A stretch of DNA of 64,000 bases from contig JAXDOD010000102.1 in NCBI GenBank assembly GCA_034669045.1, positions 12,192-76,191 of the forward strand. Direction: 5' to 3'. The position numbers and the translations under genes are program-made. A model generated the notes under the pieces. It was not told where the DNA came from. It saw only the letters and a program-made list of their open reading frames with translations, and did no database searches. Source of the stretch: Alphaproteobacteria bacterium. Lineage in GTDB: Bacteria; Pseudomonadota; Alphaproteobacteria; Rhizobiales; Xanthobacteraceae. Positions 34,289 through 44,373 of the stretch are shown here, piece by piece; the stretch's first letter is position 1, and the number at the start of each line of letters is the position of its first letter.

Positions 34289-37114
34289 ATGCTCGATAAT
34301 TCCACCAGAGATTCCTACCGGTCGCGCGACGAGCTATCCGTTGATTGCGCGCTGCTTGAGGAAAGCGAAATCTTCGACGCCGACGCCTACAGCGCCGCCA
34401 CCGGCATCGATCCGGCCAGTGCCGCCAAGCACTATCTGGCGGAGGGTTGGCTGCAAGGGCACGAGCCCTGCCCCGGCTTCGAGGGACGGTTTCTGTATCC
34501 ATATTATCGATCGGTTGGATTCAGCGGTTGCCCGGCAATGACGTACCTCACCCTGCGCGCCGCGGGGTGGCCGGTGTTTCCGAACCGGGCGGCAGTCGAG
34601 CATCTGGCTGAGTTCATCCGGTCGAACAATCTCTTCGATGCCGCCGCGTACCGTGCCCGTCTGGACGGCAGCGATCTGGACCCATTGTTTCATTACATCG
34701 TCGTTGGCGAACGAATGGGCCATGCTCCCAGCGCAGGCTTCGATGCCGCCTATTACGGCGAGCGTCACTTGGACGTCGCTCAGTCCGGGATGAGCTATCT
34801 CCAGCATTATGTGACGAGCGGCCGATCCGAAGGCCGGCCCTGTGTCAGTCTGGCGTCGCAACTCGAGTTTGATCGAACTCGCTTGCGACCTGACCGCAAG
34901 ACCGTCCTGCTCGTCAGCCACCAGGCATCGCGAACGGGCGCACCGATTCTCGCCTACAACATCGCGATGCACTTGGGTCAGAGATGCAATGTCGTCGCAT
35001 TGCTTCTCACGGGCGGCGATCTGGTCTATGCATTCGAGGCCTGTTGTGCTGCCGTCATCGGGCCCCTCCCCAGCCAGGACCTGCACCCTGTCGACGCCGA
35101 ATATCTCGTGCGGCGCATATTGGCGACCTATGATGTCTCGTTTGCGATCGTCAACAGCATCGAGTCCCGGTCCATATTGAGACCGTTGGCCTTTGCCCTG
35201 GTTCCCACCGTGACCTTGGTGCACGAGTTTCCCGCCCATCTCGGGGAAAAAGGCGAGATGGGCCGATCATTGGAGTGGGCGACCCAATCGGTCTTCTCCT
35301 CAAGCACGGTGCTATCATTACTCCGCGCGGAATATCCCAACATCGACAATTGGCCCGTGCACGTCCTCCCCCAAGGCCAATCGGCGCTGCCGTCGCCAGC
35401 ACACGCGCATGAACAGGACGGGGAGCAGCAATCCACGCGCAAGGCCATGCGTCCGGAAGGCTTCGAAGACGCCACTGTGGTGCTCGGATGTGGAACGATC
35501 TTCTTCCGCAAGGGCATCGATCTCTTCGTATCGTGCGCCGCGGCGACAGCGGCTATTCGCACGAAAAAGCCGGTGCGTTTCGTCTGGATTGGGAAGCGCC
35601 TGGACGAGGAAGACGACGGCGGTTATTTCGACCACATCTCGAATCTTATCGCCGCCGCGGGCGTTGCAGACCGAGTGGCCATCCTGGACGAAGTGGTTGA
35701 TTTGGAGCCGGCATATGCTTCAGCCGACGTGTTCTTTCTGAGCTCCCGGCGCGATGCCCTTCCAAACGTCGCCATCGATTCTGCCTTGCGGGGGCTACCG
35801 GTCATTTCTTTCGCAGATTCGGGCGGAGTGTCCGAGATCTTCGGCGCAGCCCCGGAAACCGCAATGAGTGTCGTGCCCGGCCCCGATGTCGAGGCGGCAG
35901 CGCGATTGATCGCCAAGCTGGCTGACGACGAAGCCTTGCGTCGCGATCTGGGCGACGCCACGCGGCGGATCGCAGCGGCGACCTTCGACATGGGCCGTTA
36001 TGTGCGGCAGATCGAACATCTGGGCGACGAAGCCAGAGAGATCATGCGTCAGCGCGGTGAGGATTTTGAAACAATTCGCCGCGACTCCATGTTCGACATG
36101 ATCGGGTTTCTCGGCCGCGAAGGTATGGAGACCACGCGGGACGAGGCAATCCGCCTGTTCCTCGGAAGAGCTGCCGCGCTTGGTACGTCGAGGATTCCAA
36201 CGGCGAATTTCTATTACCGCCGGCCATGCGCCGGATTTCATCCGCAGATTTACGCAGAAAAGAACGCGGACCGCTATGACACCGCCAAGATCAATCCGCT
36301 TGCGCATTTCATTCGGAGCGGCAAGCCGGAAGGGCCGTGGTATCATCAAGTCCTGCGGCCACCTAAATTCGACGAGATCACGGCGAGCGCGCCGAACCTG
36401 CGCATCGGGTTACACGCCCACTTTCACTACCCCGAACTTGCTGCCGGCTTGCTCGCGAAGCTGCTCGCGAATCGAGCGCGCTGCGACCTATTGTTGACGA
36501 CGAGCACGCCGGTGAAGGCCGAAACATTGCGCGCCGCCACAGCCGGTTATGAGGCGGGAAGCGTGACCATCCGCGTGGTCCCGAACCGCGGACGCGACAT
36601 CGGGCCTTTCCTGACCGCATTCGATGACGCCATCGAGGATTATGAGATCGTCGGCCATGTTCACAGCAAACGCAGCCTGTTTGCGGGCGGACTTCTGGGA
36701 GAGTCTTGGCGCGACTTTCTCTGGCAGAACCTCATCGGCGATCTATTCCCGATGTTGGATATCATCATCGGGCATTTCGAGGCGGACAAGACATTGGGGC
36801 TGGTATTTCCCGAAGACTTTCATCTTCCCGACTGGGACAAGAATCGTGCCATGGCTGAAAGGCTGGCACGACGAATGGGCATTCAAGCTTCGCTGCCGGC
36901 TTTTTTTGATTTTCCGGTCGGCACCATGTTCTGGGCGCGCGCCAAGGCTCTGCAACCGCTGTTCGATCTCAAGCTTGGCTGGAATGACTATCCGGAGGAA
37001 CCATTGCCGATCGATGGTACGCTCTTGCATGCCCTCGAGAGGCTTGTGCCGTTTGCGGCTCAGCACGCCGGCTATCGTTTCGCGACCACCCATCTCCCTG
37101 GCGTGACCTGGTGA
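34289..37114 (+). CDS. Multidomain glycosyltransferase: N-terminal repeat motifs + GT4-like domain + C-terminal rhamnan synthesis protein F (RgpF)-like domain
   Basis: GT4-like: VLLVSHQASRTGAPILAYNIA ... FLSSRRDALPNVAIDSALRGLPVI. RgpF-like: IGLHAHFHYPEL, VVPNRGRDIGPFL, VGHVHSKRS, WRDFLWQNLIG and FPVGTMFWARAKAL. The N-terminus has repeated FDAxAY...HY...G...EG motifs. Confidence 0.85.
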   Translation: MLDNSTRDSYRSRDELSVDCALLEESEIFDADAYSAATGIDPASAAKHYLAEGWLQGHEPCPGFEGRFLYPYYRSVGFSGCPAMTYLTLRAAGWPVFPNRAAVEHLAEFIRSNNLFDAAAYRARLDGSDLDPLFHYIVVGERMGHAPSAGFDAAYYGERHLDVAQSGMSYLQHYVTSGRSEGRPCVSLASQLEFDRTRLRPDRKTVLLVSHQASRTGAPILAYNIAMHLGQRCNVVALLLTGGDLVYAFEACCAAVIGPLPSQDLHPVDAEYLVRRILATYDVSFAIVNSIESRSILRPLAFALVPTVTLVHEFPAHLGEKGEMGRSLEWATQSVFSSSTVLSLLRAEYPNIDNWPVHVLPQGQSALPSPAHAHEQDGEQQSTRKAMRPEGFEDATVVLGCGTIFFRKGIDLFVSCAAATAAIRTKKPVRFVWIGKRLDEEDDGGYFDHISNLIAAAGVADRVAILDEVVDLEPAYASADVFFLSSRRDALPNVAIDSALRGLPVISFADSGGVSEIFGAAPETAMSVVPGPDVEAAARLIAKLADDEALRRDLGDATRRIAAATFDMGRYVRQIEHLGDEAREIMRQRGEDFETIRRDSMFDMIGFLGREGMETTRDEAIRLFLGRAAALGTSRIPTANFYYRRPCAGFHPQIYAEKNADRYDTAKINPLAHFIRSGKPEGPWYHQVLRPPKFDEITASAPNLRIGLHAHFHYPELAAGLLAKLLANRARCDLLLTTSTPVKAETLRAATAGYEAGSVTIRVVPNRGRDIGPFLTAFDDAIEDYEIVGHVHSKRSLFAGGLLGESWRDFLWQNLIGDLFPMLDIIIGHFEADKTLGLVFPEDFHLPDWDKNRAMAERLARRMGIQASLPAFFDFPVGTMFWARAKALQPLFDLKLGWNDYPEEPLPIDGTLLHALERLVPFAAQHAGYRFATTHLPGVTW

Positions 37115-37298
37115 CGCAGTCCATCCTGGCGGGCACGCGTTTCGTCCATATGGTGTCGGGCTACTGGCGATTCGGCCGGCGCCCGGATATGTATTTTCGT
37201 CTTCCGTCCGCTCTTGCACATGATTCCCGGTTGATCGCGACCGGACGTCACGTGCCAGGGCATTGACCGCACCCAGTGAGAAGACGTTGAACGGTACG

Positions 37299-38264
37299 AT
37301 GGGTAATCTCAGGAAATCATTTTCCGAAGCGCGATGTCTCGTAATCGGCGGGGGCGGGTTCATCGGTATCAATCTCAGCAACGCGCTCGCGCGGGCGGGC
37401 GCCCAGGTTGATGCGTATGGCCGCCGTCTGTCGATTCGCGACAGCCTGATCTCCGGCGTGCGCTGGACCAGCGCCGATTTCGCCGATCGAGCCAAGCTGG
37501 CGGAAGCCGTCGAGCACGCCGACTTTGTCTTTCACCTCGTGAGCTCGAGCACGCCGTCGAGCGCGAATGCCGATCCGGCGGCCGACGTGATGGACAATCT
37601 CGTTACGACGCTCCATCTGCTCGACATTTGCCGGGTCCAGTCGTTCGGCCGCCTGGTGTTCATCTCCTCGGGCGGCACGGTCTACGGCATTCCCTCGATG
37701 ATTCCCGTGCCGGAGACCGCGCCGACCGATCCTATCTCTGCGCACGGCGTCCAGAAGCTCGCCGTCGAAAAGTATCTCGCGCTCTATCGGCACCTGTATG
37801 ATCTGGACTATCTCGTGCTCCGCGTCGCAAACCCGTATGGACCGATGCAAATCGCACGCAAGAGCCAGGGTGTGGTTGCGGCATTGATGATGCGCGCGCT
37901 GGCCGACGAGCCGGTCGAGATTTGGGGTTCCGGCGACGTGGTACGGGATTTCATCCATGTGCAGGATGTGGTGCGCGCGATCCTCATGGCCTCGCTCCAT
38001 CCGGGACCATCGCGTCTGTTCAATCTGGGCTCCGGCATGGGCACCAGCATCAAGACCGTGATCGACGACATCGAACGGGTGGTGGGCCGGGGTCCGCTGA
38101 AGCGGATTCACTTGCCCGCGCGCGCGGTCGACGTGCCCTCGAACGTTCTCGATATTCGCCGTATCCGCGAGGAGGTCGGCTGGCAGCCCGAGATCGAATG
38201 GATGGATGGGCTGCGCAAGACCATGGAATGGACGATGAACGCAAAGGAAAATGGGCTGATCTGA
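37299..38264 (+). CDS. NAD-dependent epimerase/dehydratase (SDR)
   Basis: CLVIGGGGFIGINL, ISSGGTVYG and LRVANPYGP. The expected YxxxK position reads HGVQK. I prefer the ATG at 37299 over the TTG at 37263. Confidence 0.75.
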   Translation: MGNLRKSFSEARCLVIGGGGFIGINLSNALARAGAQVDAYGRRLSIRDSLISGVRWTSADFADRAKLAEAVEHADFVFHLVSSSTPSSANADPAADVMDNLVTTLHLLDICRVQSFGRLVFISSGGTVYGIPSMIPVPETAPTDPISAHGVQKLAVEKYLALYRHLYDLDYLVLRVANPYGPMQIARKSQGVVAALMMRALADEPVEIWGSGDVVRDFIHVQDVVRAILMASLHPGPSRLFNLGSGMGTSIKTVIDDIERVVGRGPLKRIHLPARAVDVPSNVLDIRRIREEVGWQPEIEWMDGLRKTMEWTMNAKENGLI

Positions 38265-38386
38265 TTCTCGACCGTCCGGACTACGCCGAGTTATTTGATG
38301 AGCGCGGCCATCCGCGGCAGCAACGAATCAGCGAATACGCGGCTCCGTCTTGTTCTTGTGCGCCCGCAAAAAAGCCTGGAAGACGA

Positions 38387-39331
38387 ATGCGGTTTTCAGT
38401 CGTCATACCTGTTTACAACCGGCAGCAGCCCGGCCAGCGCGCAGCGCGCAGCGCGCTGGCCCAGAACATCGAGGGCTTGGAGATCATCCTTGTCGACGAT
38501 GGCTCAAAGCCGCCGTTTCATCTGACACCCGATCTCGCCGCCAACCCGAACGTCATCCTGCTGCGACACGACGAAAACCGCGGCGCGGGTGCCGCCCGCA
38601 ATACCGGCGTCGCCGCGGCGCGCGGCGAATGGATCGCGTTTCTCGACTCCGACGACTATTGGCTCGCCGATACGTTGCGGCCGCGGCTGCAGGTCGCCGA
38701 GACACAGTGGAAGAATGACCCGGACCGGATGACGGTCCATGTGGCGGGCTTCGTCATCGACAACCGCCGGACCGGCCGGCGTGACGCCCGGATTCCGCGC
38801 CACAGCGAGCAGCTCATCCATTTCGCGAGCGGCTGCTGGTACTGTCCCGGCTCGACAGCCGTGTTTCGCAAGAGCATTTTCGACCGCATCGGCCCGTTCG
38901 ACCCCTTGCTGCGGCGGCTCGAGGACTTCGACTGGTTCCTGCGCTTTGGCTTGGCAGGGGGACGACTGGACGTGTGGGATGGCCTCGCCGCGGTCGTCGA
39001 AACCGGCCAGAAGCCTCGACTTGCGATCCTGGAGGACAGCGCGCGCCGCTTGCGCCAGAAATTCGTCGAGCAAGCCGGTCCGCAACGCGTGGCGCCCGAG
39101 CTCATTCGCATGCTCGACGCCTATCTCGACATCGAACGCGCATCGGTCTTTATCGCGCAGAAGCGTCCGCTCAACATGGTGCTTTGCATTGCGAGGTCGC
39201 TGTGGCGGGTTCCGCGTCTCACGCTGCAAGTCGAGCGTTTCTGGCGCCGCACAGCGGTGCCGCAGCGGCTCGAGCCGCCGGCGCCCTTCTACTCCGCACC
39301 CGCGGCCGAAACGCCTCAAAAAGCATGCTGA
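38387..39331 (+). CDS. Family 2 glycosyltransferase
   Basis: MRFSVVIPVYNRQQ..., EIILVDDGSKPP, ENRGAGAARNTG and FLDSDDYW (DxD). The ATG at 38387 is in frame with the longer track ORF, whose N-terminal part overlaps the upstream SDR gene. Confidence 0.85.
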   Translation: MRFSVVIPVYNRQQPGQRAARSALAQNIEGLEIILVDDGSKPPFHLTPDLAANPNVILLRHDENRGAGAARNTGVAAARGEWIAFLDSDDYWLADTLRPRLQVAETQWKNDPDRMTVHVAGFVIDNRRTGRRDARIPRHSEQLIHFASGCWYCPGSTAVFRKSIFDRIGPFDPLLRRLEDFDWFLRFGLAGGRLDVWDGLAAVVETGQKPRLAILEDSARRLRQKFVEQAGPQRVAPELIRMLDAYLDIERASVFIAQKRPLNMVLCIARSLWRVPRLTLQVERFWRRTAVPQRLEPPAPFYSAPAAETPQKAC

Positions 39332-40239
39332 AAGTCGCCGTTATCACGCCGACCATCGACCGCGCGGAGTTTCTGCCGGACGCGATTGCCAGCGTCCCGC
39401 ACGACGACAGCGTTGAGATCGAGCATGTCATGATCCACGACGGGTCGGACGCCTTCGTATCGTCGGTGCAGGAACGCTTCCCGCACGTCCGCGTGCTGCG
39501 CGGCGAAGATCGCGGCGCGGGCGCTGCCGTGACACGCGGACTGCAATCGGCGGCAGCGGATTTCTACATCGAGCTCAACAGTGACGACCGCTTGGTGCCG
39601 GGATGCTTCGCACGATTGGCCGAACGCGTCCGCGCGCGCCCCGACGTCCTGATCTGGACCGGGGGGACCCGTGTCTTCATGACCGGCAACGATGGCCGCG
39701 AGGTGGAGCTTCGGCGCCTGCAGTCCGCCAGCGACACGGCGCTCACGCTCCCCAATGTGCTCGACGATCTCCCACTCGTGCATGCGCGGTTTTTCCATCG
39801 CAGCGTATTCGACCGCATCGGCTATTTCAGTCCGCAGTTCGAGCAATGTTCAGACCGCGAGTTCATGATCCGCGCGGTCATGGCCGGCATCCCTGAAGCC
39901 CCGCTCGACCACATGGTTTCGGAGTTCCGCGTCCACGAGGGATCGCAGACCACCCGCTCCACCCGCGGTCGCGTTCCGGCCTATATGGCCGAGCACTGCC
40001 GCGTCGCCGACTCGTGGCTGGCGCGGCGTGACCTGCCGCCGGGACGGCGAAGGAGCTTCGCCAATTGGCGGGCGCGCGAACTCCTGCGCCTGCTCTGCTA
40101 CCAGCTCATGGCCGGGTCGCTTCCACAGGCCGCCAAGACCTTCGGCGTCGAGACCTTCAAGCACCCGACCTGGCCGTTGCGGGCACTCACCATCGTGGCA
40201 GCGATGAGGCGGCGGGCTCGCACGAGCGAACCGTCTTAA
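39325..40239 (+). CDS. Family 2 glycosyltransferase
   Basis: MLKVAVITPTIDRAEFL..., HVMIHDGSD, DRGAGAAVTRG and ELNSDDRL (DxD-like). The start overlaps the upstream stop. Confidence 0.8.
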   Translation: MLKVAVITPTIDRAEFLPDAIASVPHDDSVEIEHVMIHDGSDAFVSSVQERFPHVRVLRGEDRGAGAAVTRGLQSAAADFYIELNSDDRLVPGCFARLAERVRARPDVLIWTGGTRVFMTGNDGREVELRRLQSASDTALTLPNVLDDLPLVHARFFHRSVFDRIGYFSPQFEQCSDREFMIRAVMAGIPEAPLDHMVSEFRVHEGSQTTRSTRGRVPAYMAEHCRVADSWLARRDLPPGRRRSFANWRARELLRLLCYQLMAGSLPQAAKTFGVETFKHPTWPLRALTIVAAMRRRARTSEPS

Positions 40240-40495
40240 ATTCTCCCGAAAAGCCCCGCAGGCGGTCCCAAGCCTCTCAAAAGCCATGGTGCGGAGAGGC
40301 CACCAGCCGGGTTCCCGCAGATCTGTCCGGGGTCCGAGCGTGAGCTTGTTTGCGCTGCAAAATCCTGATAGTTGTCCCGCCACGCGCGGCCGGGGTCGGC
40401 ATCGGATTCACGGCCATTCGACGGGCTTATCGCTGATCTTTCGTTGTTCGTGTCGGCCCCGGTCCCTTGAGCCTCGGCCTGCGCACTGACGCAAA

Positions 40496-41359
40496 TTGGG
40501 AAAGGAAGAGCGGAGGGTGGACGCCGTTCTCAAACCGAATACGCAGGTCATATCGCCCGTCGCGATATCCCACGCATGGCGGGCCCGCCGGGACATCATT
40601 GACGGTCTCAAACTCTGGCCGGTATGGACCGCGCTGGCCTGGCACGACATCCGCATCCGTTACATCCGCACGATGCTCGGCCCGCTCTGGATCACGGTGT
40701 CCATGGGCGTCACCGTTCTGGCGCTGGGACTGGTCTTCAGCGGCGTTTTCAAGACGCGGCTTAGCGAATACCTGCCGTTCCTCACGGCCGGCCTGTTGAT
40801 CTGGGGTTTCATCAGCAGCGTCCTGACTGAATCGGCGACCACGTTTTCCAACGCCGTGACGGTCATCCTGTCGATCTCAGCGCCCTATTCGATGCACATC
40901 TACCGTGCGGTGCTGCGGCAGCTCATCATCTTCGGCCACAACGTGCTCGTGTTCGCAGCCGTCGTGCTGTTCGTCGGCGTACCGGTGACGTCGGCAACGC
41001 TGCTGTTCATTCCCGGAATGCTGCTGATCACCATTGTCATGACCTGGATCAATCTTCTGGTCGCAATGGTCGGCTGCCGCTTCCGCGATCTCCAGCCGAT
41101 CATCGCTTCGGTCCTCCAGCTCGTGTTCTTCTTGACCCCGTTGATCTGGGACCGGGGCGTTCTGCCGGCTGGCGCGAGCCATGCGTGGATCGACGCCAAC
41201 CCGTTCTATCATCTGATCGAGATTGCGCGCGCACCTCTCCTGGGCAAGGTGCCAGGACAGCTAACGATTATCTATGTCATCGCTCTTGCGGTGGTCGGCT
41301 GGGGCCTGACCTACCTCGTGTTCATCCGATTCCGCCGGCGTATTCCTTACTGGCTGTAA
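40496..41359 (+). CDS. wzm: ABC-2 type polysaccharide export permease (Wzm/KpsM/TagG family)
   Basis: Six TM helices with an ABC-2 signature-like N-terminus (LWPVWTALAWHDIRIRYIRTMLGPLWI). The start is TTG at 40496 or, more likely, GTG at 40517, which is preceded by GGAAGAGCGGAGG. Confidence 0.85.
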   Translation: MGKEERRVDAVLKPNTQVISPVAISHAWRARRDIIDGLKLWPVWTALAWHDIRIRYIRTMLGPLWITVSMGVTVLALGLVFSGVFKTRLSEYLPFLTAGLLIWGFISSVLTESATTFSNAVTVILSISAPYSMHIYRAVLRQLIIFGHNVLVFAAVVLFVGVPVTSATLLFIPGMLLITIVMTWINLLVAMVGCRFRDLQPIIASVLQLVFFLTPLIWDRGVLPAGASHAWIDANPFYHLIEIARAPLLGKVPGQLTIIYVIALAVVGWGLTYLVFIRFRRRIPYWL

Positions 41360-41364
41360 CAGAC

Positions 41365-42171
41365 ATGTCATACATCCACCTGGACAGGGTTTCCGTCGAA
41401 ATTCCGATCTACAGCGGCCTGGACCGGTCGCTGAAGCTGAGCCTGTTCCGGTCGGCGGCGGATACGGGCCTGCTCCGGTCGGCCGGCGGCACCATTGGCC
41501 GCGACCGGCGCGATCGCATCGTCATCCGCGCACTCGATGAGATCACGCTGCAGATTTCCGACGGCGACCGGATCGCGCTGATCGGCCGCAACGGCGCGGG
41601 CAAGACCACGCTGCTGCGGGTGCTTGCCGATGTCATGGAGCCGGTGAGCGGCACGATCAAGATTTCCGGGCGCGTCTCGACTCTTTTCAACGTATCCGGT
41701 CTGATGGACCCCGAGCTGCCGGGCTACGACAACGTATTCTTCGCGGGCGGGCTCATCGGCATATCGCGCAGCCGGCTGAAGAAGCTGATGCCGGACATCG
41801 AGGCATTTGCGGAGCTCGGCGACTATCTTCGGATGCCGGTGCGAACCTATTCCGCGGGCATGATGATCCGGCTTGGCTTCGCGATCGCCACCTGCATCGA
41901 TCCGGATATCCTGCTGATGGACGAGGTCATCGGCGCCGGCGACACGCATTTCGTCGACAAGGCCATCCGGCGCGCGCAGGAACTTTACAAGCAATCCAAC
42001 ATTCTGATCGCTGCATCGCATTCCCCCACATTGCTCCAGGGGCTGTGCAACAAGGCGATCCTGCTGGAGGGTGGCAAAGTCGTCAGCATGGGGTCGTTCG
42101 AGTCCGTCACGAAATTCTATGAGGACAATCCCTGGTCGGCAGGGACCGCGCCCCAGCAAGCCGCCGAGTAG
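41365..42171 (+). CDS. wzt: ABC polysaccharide export ATP-binding protein (Wzt/KpsT/TagH family), NBD only
   Basis: Walker A GRNGAGKTTLL, signature YSAGMMIRLGF, Walker B ILLMDEV and H-loop AASHS. Its 268 aa leave no room for a C-terminal carbohydrate-binding domain. Confidence 0.9.
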   Translation: MSYIHLDRVSVEIPIYSGLDRSLKLSLFRSAADTGLLRSAGGTIGRDRRDRIVIRALDEITLQISDGDRIALIGRNGAGKTTLLRVLADVMEPVSGTIKISGRVSTLFNVSGLMDPELPGYDNVFFAGGLIGISRSRLKKLMPDIEAFAELGDYLRMPVRTYSAGMMIRLGFAIATCIDPDILLMDEVIGAGDTHFVDKAIRRAQELYKQSNILIAASHSPTLLQGLCNKAILLEGGKVVSMGSFESVTKFYEDNPWSAGTAPQQAAE

Positions 42172-42260
42172 CCGCTCTGCTCGAGCCACAATCGACTGAT
42201 CTACCCCTCGAGTTTTTTGTAGAGCTGGCCCAGCTCGGCGGCCTTGAGCAACCGGCCGAC

Positions 42261-43235
42261 ATGCCGCAGCGTCTCAATAAGGCCCCGTCAGGATCAGCCG
42301 CGCGCATGACTTCGATACAACAATTCACCGTCGACGATTTCCTGTCCGCGCTGGACATGCCGCCCGGTTCCGCCGCTCTGATCGCTCCGCAAGTGGCAAA
42401 GTACGATCTGAGCTATCGGCGCCTGGGCGTGGAGGAGCGCGCCGCGCTCGTTCGCGAGGTTCTTGCCCGCCTCGACTCCTTCAGCAAGGTCGGCGCTCAC
42501 CGATACCAGATCTGGGATCAATCATGGTCCGAGCTGGCGGGGCGCTTCGCGGCGAGCGGTGGCGCGCTCTCGTCGCTGGAGCCTTCATTCATCGGCGCAT
42601 CGCCGGTCGTTCGCCTCGGCGACGACTACGCGCGGCCGGCCGATCCGCGGTTCGAGCTCTACTGGTTCCGTATCCTTCGGCTTTGGCTGTTCAAGACCTA
42701 CCTGGCTGAGTTCGACCGCGTGCTCGAATTCGGGTGCGGCAGCGGCTACAACCTGGCCGCCCTGGCGGAGCTCTACCCGGAGAAGGAGTTGGTCGGCCTC
42801 GACTGGTCCGAAGCCGCGGTCGCGCTGGTCGGCCGCATCGGCGCAACCCAAGACCGCCGGCTGATCGGGCGGCAATTCGATTTCTTCGATCCCGATCCAT
42901 CTCTGGCGCTCGGGAAGACGTCCGCGGTCATGACCTTCGCGGCCCTCGAACAGACCGGCACCAGGTTCACGCGGTTCCTCGACTGGCTGCTGGAACGAAA
43001 GCCCGGCCTCGTCATCAATATGGAGCCGGCGCTCGAGCTCTACGACGCCGACCGCCCGTTCGACCAACTCGCGGTCCGCTATCACACCGGCCGGGACTAT
43101 CTCAGCGGCTATTTTCCCGGCATCCGGGAGCTTGCAAACGAAGGCAAGGCCCAGATACTAAAGCTGTTGAGGCCCCGGTTTGGAAGCCTCTATCACGAAG
43201 GCTATTCGCTTCTCATCTGGCGGCCGGTCGATTGA
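42261..43235 (+). CDS. Class I SAM-dependent methyltransferase
   Basis: Motif [16 protein letters not shown], then LVGLDWS and VMTFAALEQ. An alternative start is at 42306. Confidence 0.7.
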   Translation: MPQRLNKAPSGSAARMTSIQQFTVDDFLSALDMPPGSAALIAPQVAKYDLSYRRLGVEERAALVREVLARLDSFSKVGAHRYQIWDQSWSELAGRFAASGGALSSLEPSFIGASPVVRLGDDYARPADPRFELYWFRILRLWLFKTYLAEFDRVLEFGCGSGYNLAALAELYPEKELVGLDWSEAAVALVGRIGATQDRRLIGRQFDFFDPDPSLALGKTSAVMTFAALEQTGTRFTRFLDWLLERKPGLVINMEPALELYDADRPFDQLAVRYHTGRDYLSGYFPGIRELANEGKAQILKLLRPRFGSLYHEGYSLLIWRPVD

Positions 43236-43300
43236 ATGCCGGACCGACCCCGGCCGGCCTCGAAGGTTCATCGACATCGCAACGGCATGACGGGTATTCA

Positions 43301-44248
43301 ATGGCGCGCGTTCTGGTCACTGGCGGAGCCGGCTTCATCGGATCGCACCTGTGCGACCGGCTGGTGCGCGACGGCCATGATGTCCTGTGCGTCGACAACT
43401 ATTTCAGCGGCCACCGCCAGAATGTCTTCCACTTGAGTGGAAACAAGCATTTCGAGCTGCTCCGCCATGACGTGACCTTCCCGCTCTACGTGGAGGTCGA
43501 CGATATCTATAATCTCGCCTGCCCGGCCTCGCCGATCTACTACCAGTTCGACCCCGTCCAGACCACCAAGACGAGCGTGCACGGGGCAATCAACATGCTG
43601 GGGCTGGCAAAGCGCACGCGCGCGAAGATCTTCCAGGCCTCGACCAGCGAAGTCTACGGCGATCCGACGGTGCACCCGCAGACCGAAGACTACAAAGGCA
43701 ACGTCAGCACGACCGGGCCGCGCGCCTGTTACGACGAAGGCAAGCGCTGCGCGGAAACGCTGTTTTTCGACTACAATCGCCAGCACAGGCTGCGCATCAA
43801 GGTGGCGCGGATCTTCAACACGTATGGCCCCCGGATGCATCCGAACGACGGCCGGGTGGTATCGAACTTCATCGTACAGGCGCTCCGGAACGAACCCATC
43901 ACCATCTATGGCGACGGCCGGCAAACCCGAGCGTTCTGCTATGTCGACGACCTGATTGAAGCCTTCCAGCGCTTGATGGCCACGGCCGACGAATTCACCG
44001 GACCGGTCAACCTGGGCAACCCGGTCGAATTCACCATCGCGGAGCTTGCGGAACTGGTGCGCGACATCACCAATACCCGGTCGACGTTCGTCACCAAGCC
44101 GTTGCCGGCCGACGATCCCAAGCAACGGTGTCCGGATATTGCGCTCGCGAGGAAAGTCCTGAATTGGCAACCTTTGGTGCCGTTGCGGGTCGGATTGGAA
44201 CGAACAGTGGCCTATTTCTCCGAACTCCTGGCAGGCGGCAAGCTGTGA
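43301..44248 (+). CDS. uxs: UDP-glucuronate decarboxylase (UDP-xylose synthase) family SDR
   Basis: [48 protein letters not shown] and [10 protein letters not shown]. The ATG at 43301 lies inside a longer spurious track ORF. Confidence 0.88.
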   Translation: MARVLVTGGAGFIGSHLCDRLVRDGHDVLCVDNYFSGHRQNVFHLSGNKHFELLRHDVTFPLYVEVDDIYNLACPASPIYYQFDPVQTTKTSVHGAINMLGLAKRTRAKIFQASTSEVYGDPTVHPQTEDYKGNVSTTGPRACYDEGKRCAETLFFDYNRQHRLRIKVARIFNTYGPRMHPNDGRVVSNFIVQALRNEPITIYGDGRQTRAFCYVDDLIEAFQRLMATADEFTGPVNLGNPVEFTIAELAELVRDITNTRSTFVTKPLPADDPKQRCPDIALARKVLNWQPLVPLRVGLERTVAYFSELLAGGKL

Positions 44249-44373
44249 ATCCGACCCGGGATCGCCTAAGACATTCGCCCGCGGCGGCACTTGAAATGGC
44301 GCAGGTCGCGCGCGCCAGCAGCCGGCGGCGGCCCCGGCCCGGTGCCGCGATCTAGTGTAGGAAGGGCGGATTC

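Noticed and set aside
42734-43300. N-terminal extensions of track ORFs. These are 42734-44248, 37922-39331, 38974-40239, 44841-46007, 41185-42171, 27480-28571, 50502-51719, 53679-54476, 5250-6278, 61257-62036, 46012-48771 and 1539-3164.
   Set aside because: The extended parts overlap the preceding gene in another frame and are Arg/Pro-rich. An internal ATG immediately precedes the first conserved motif (for example a Rossmann GxGxxG), often with an ATGA overlap on the upstream stop.
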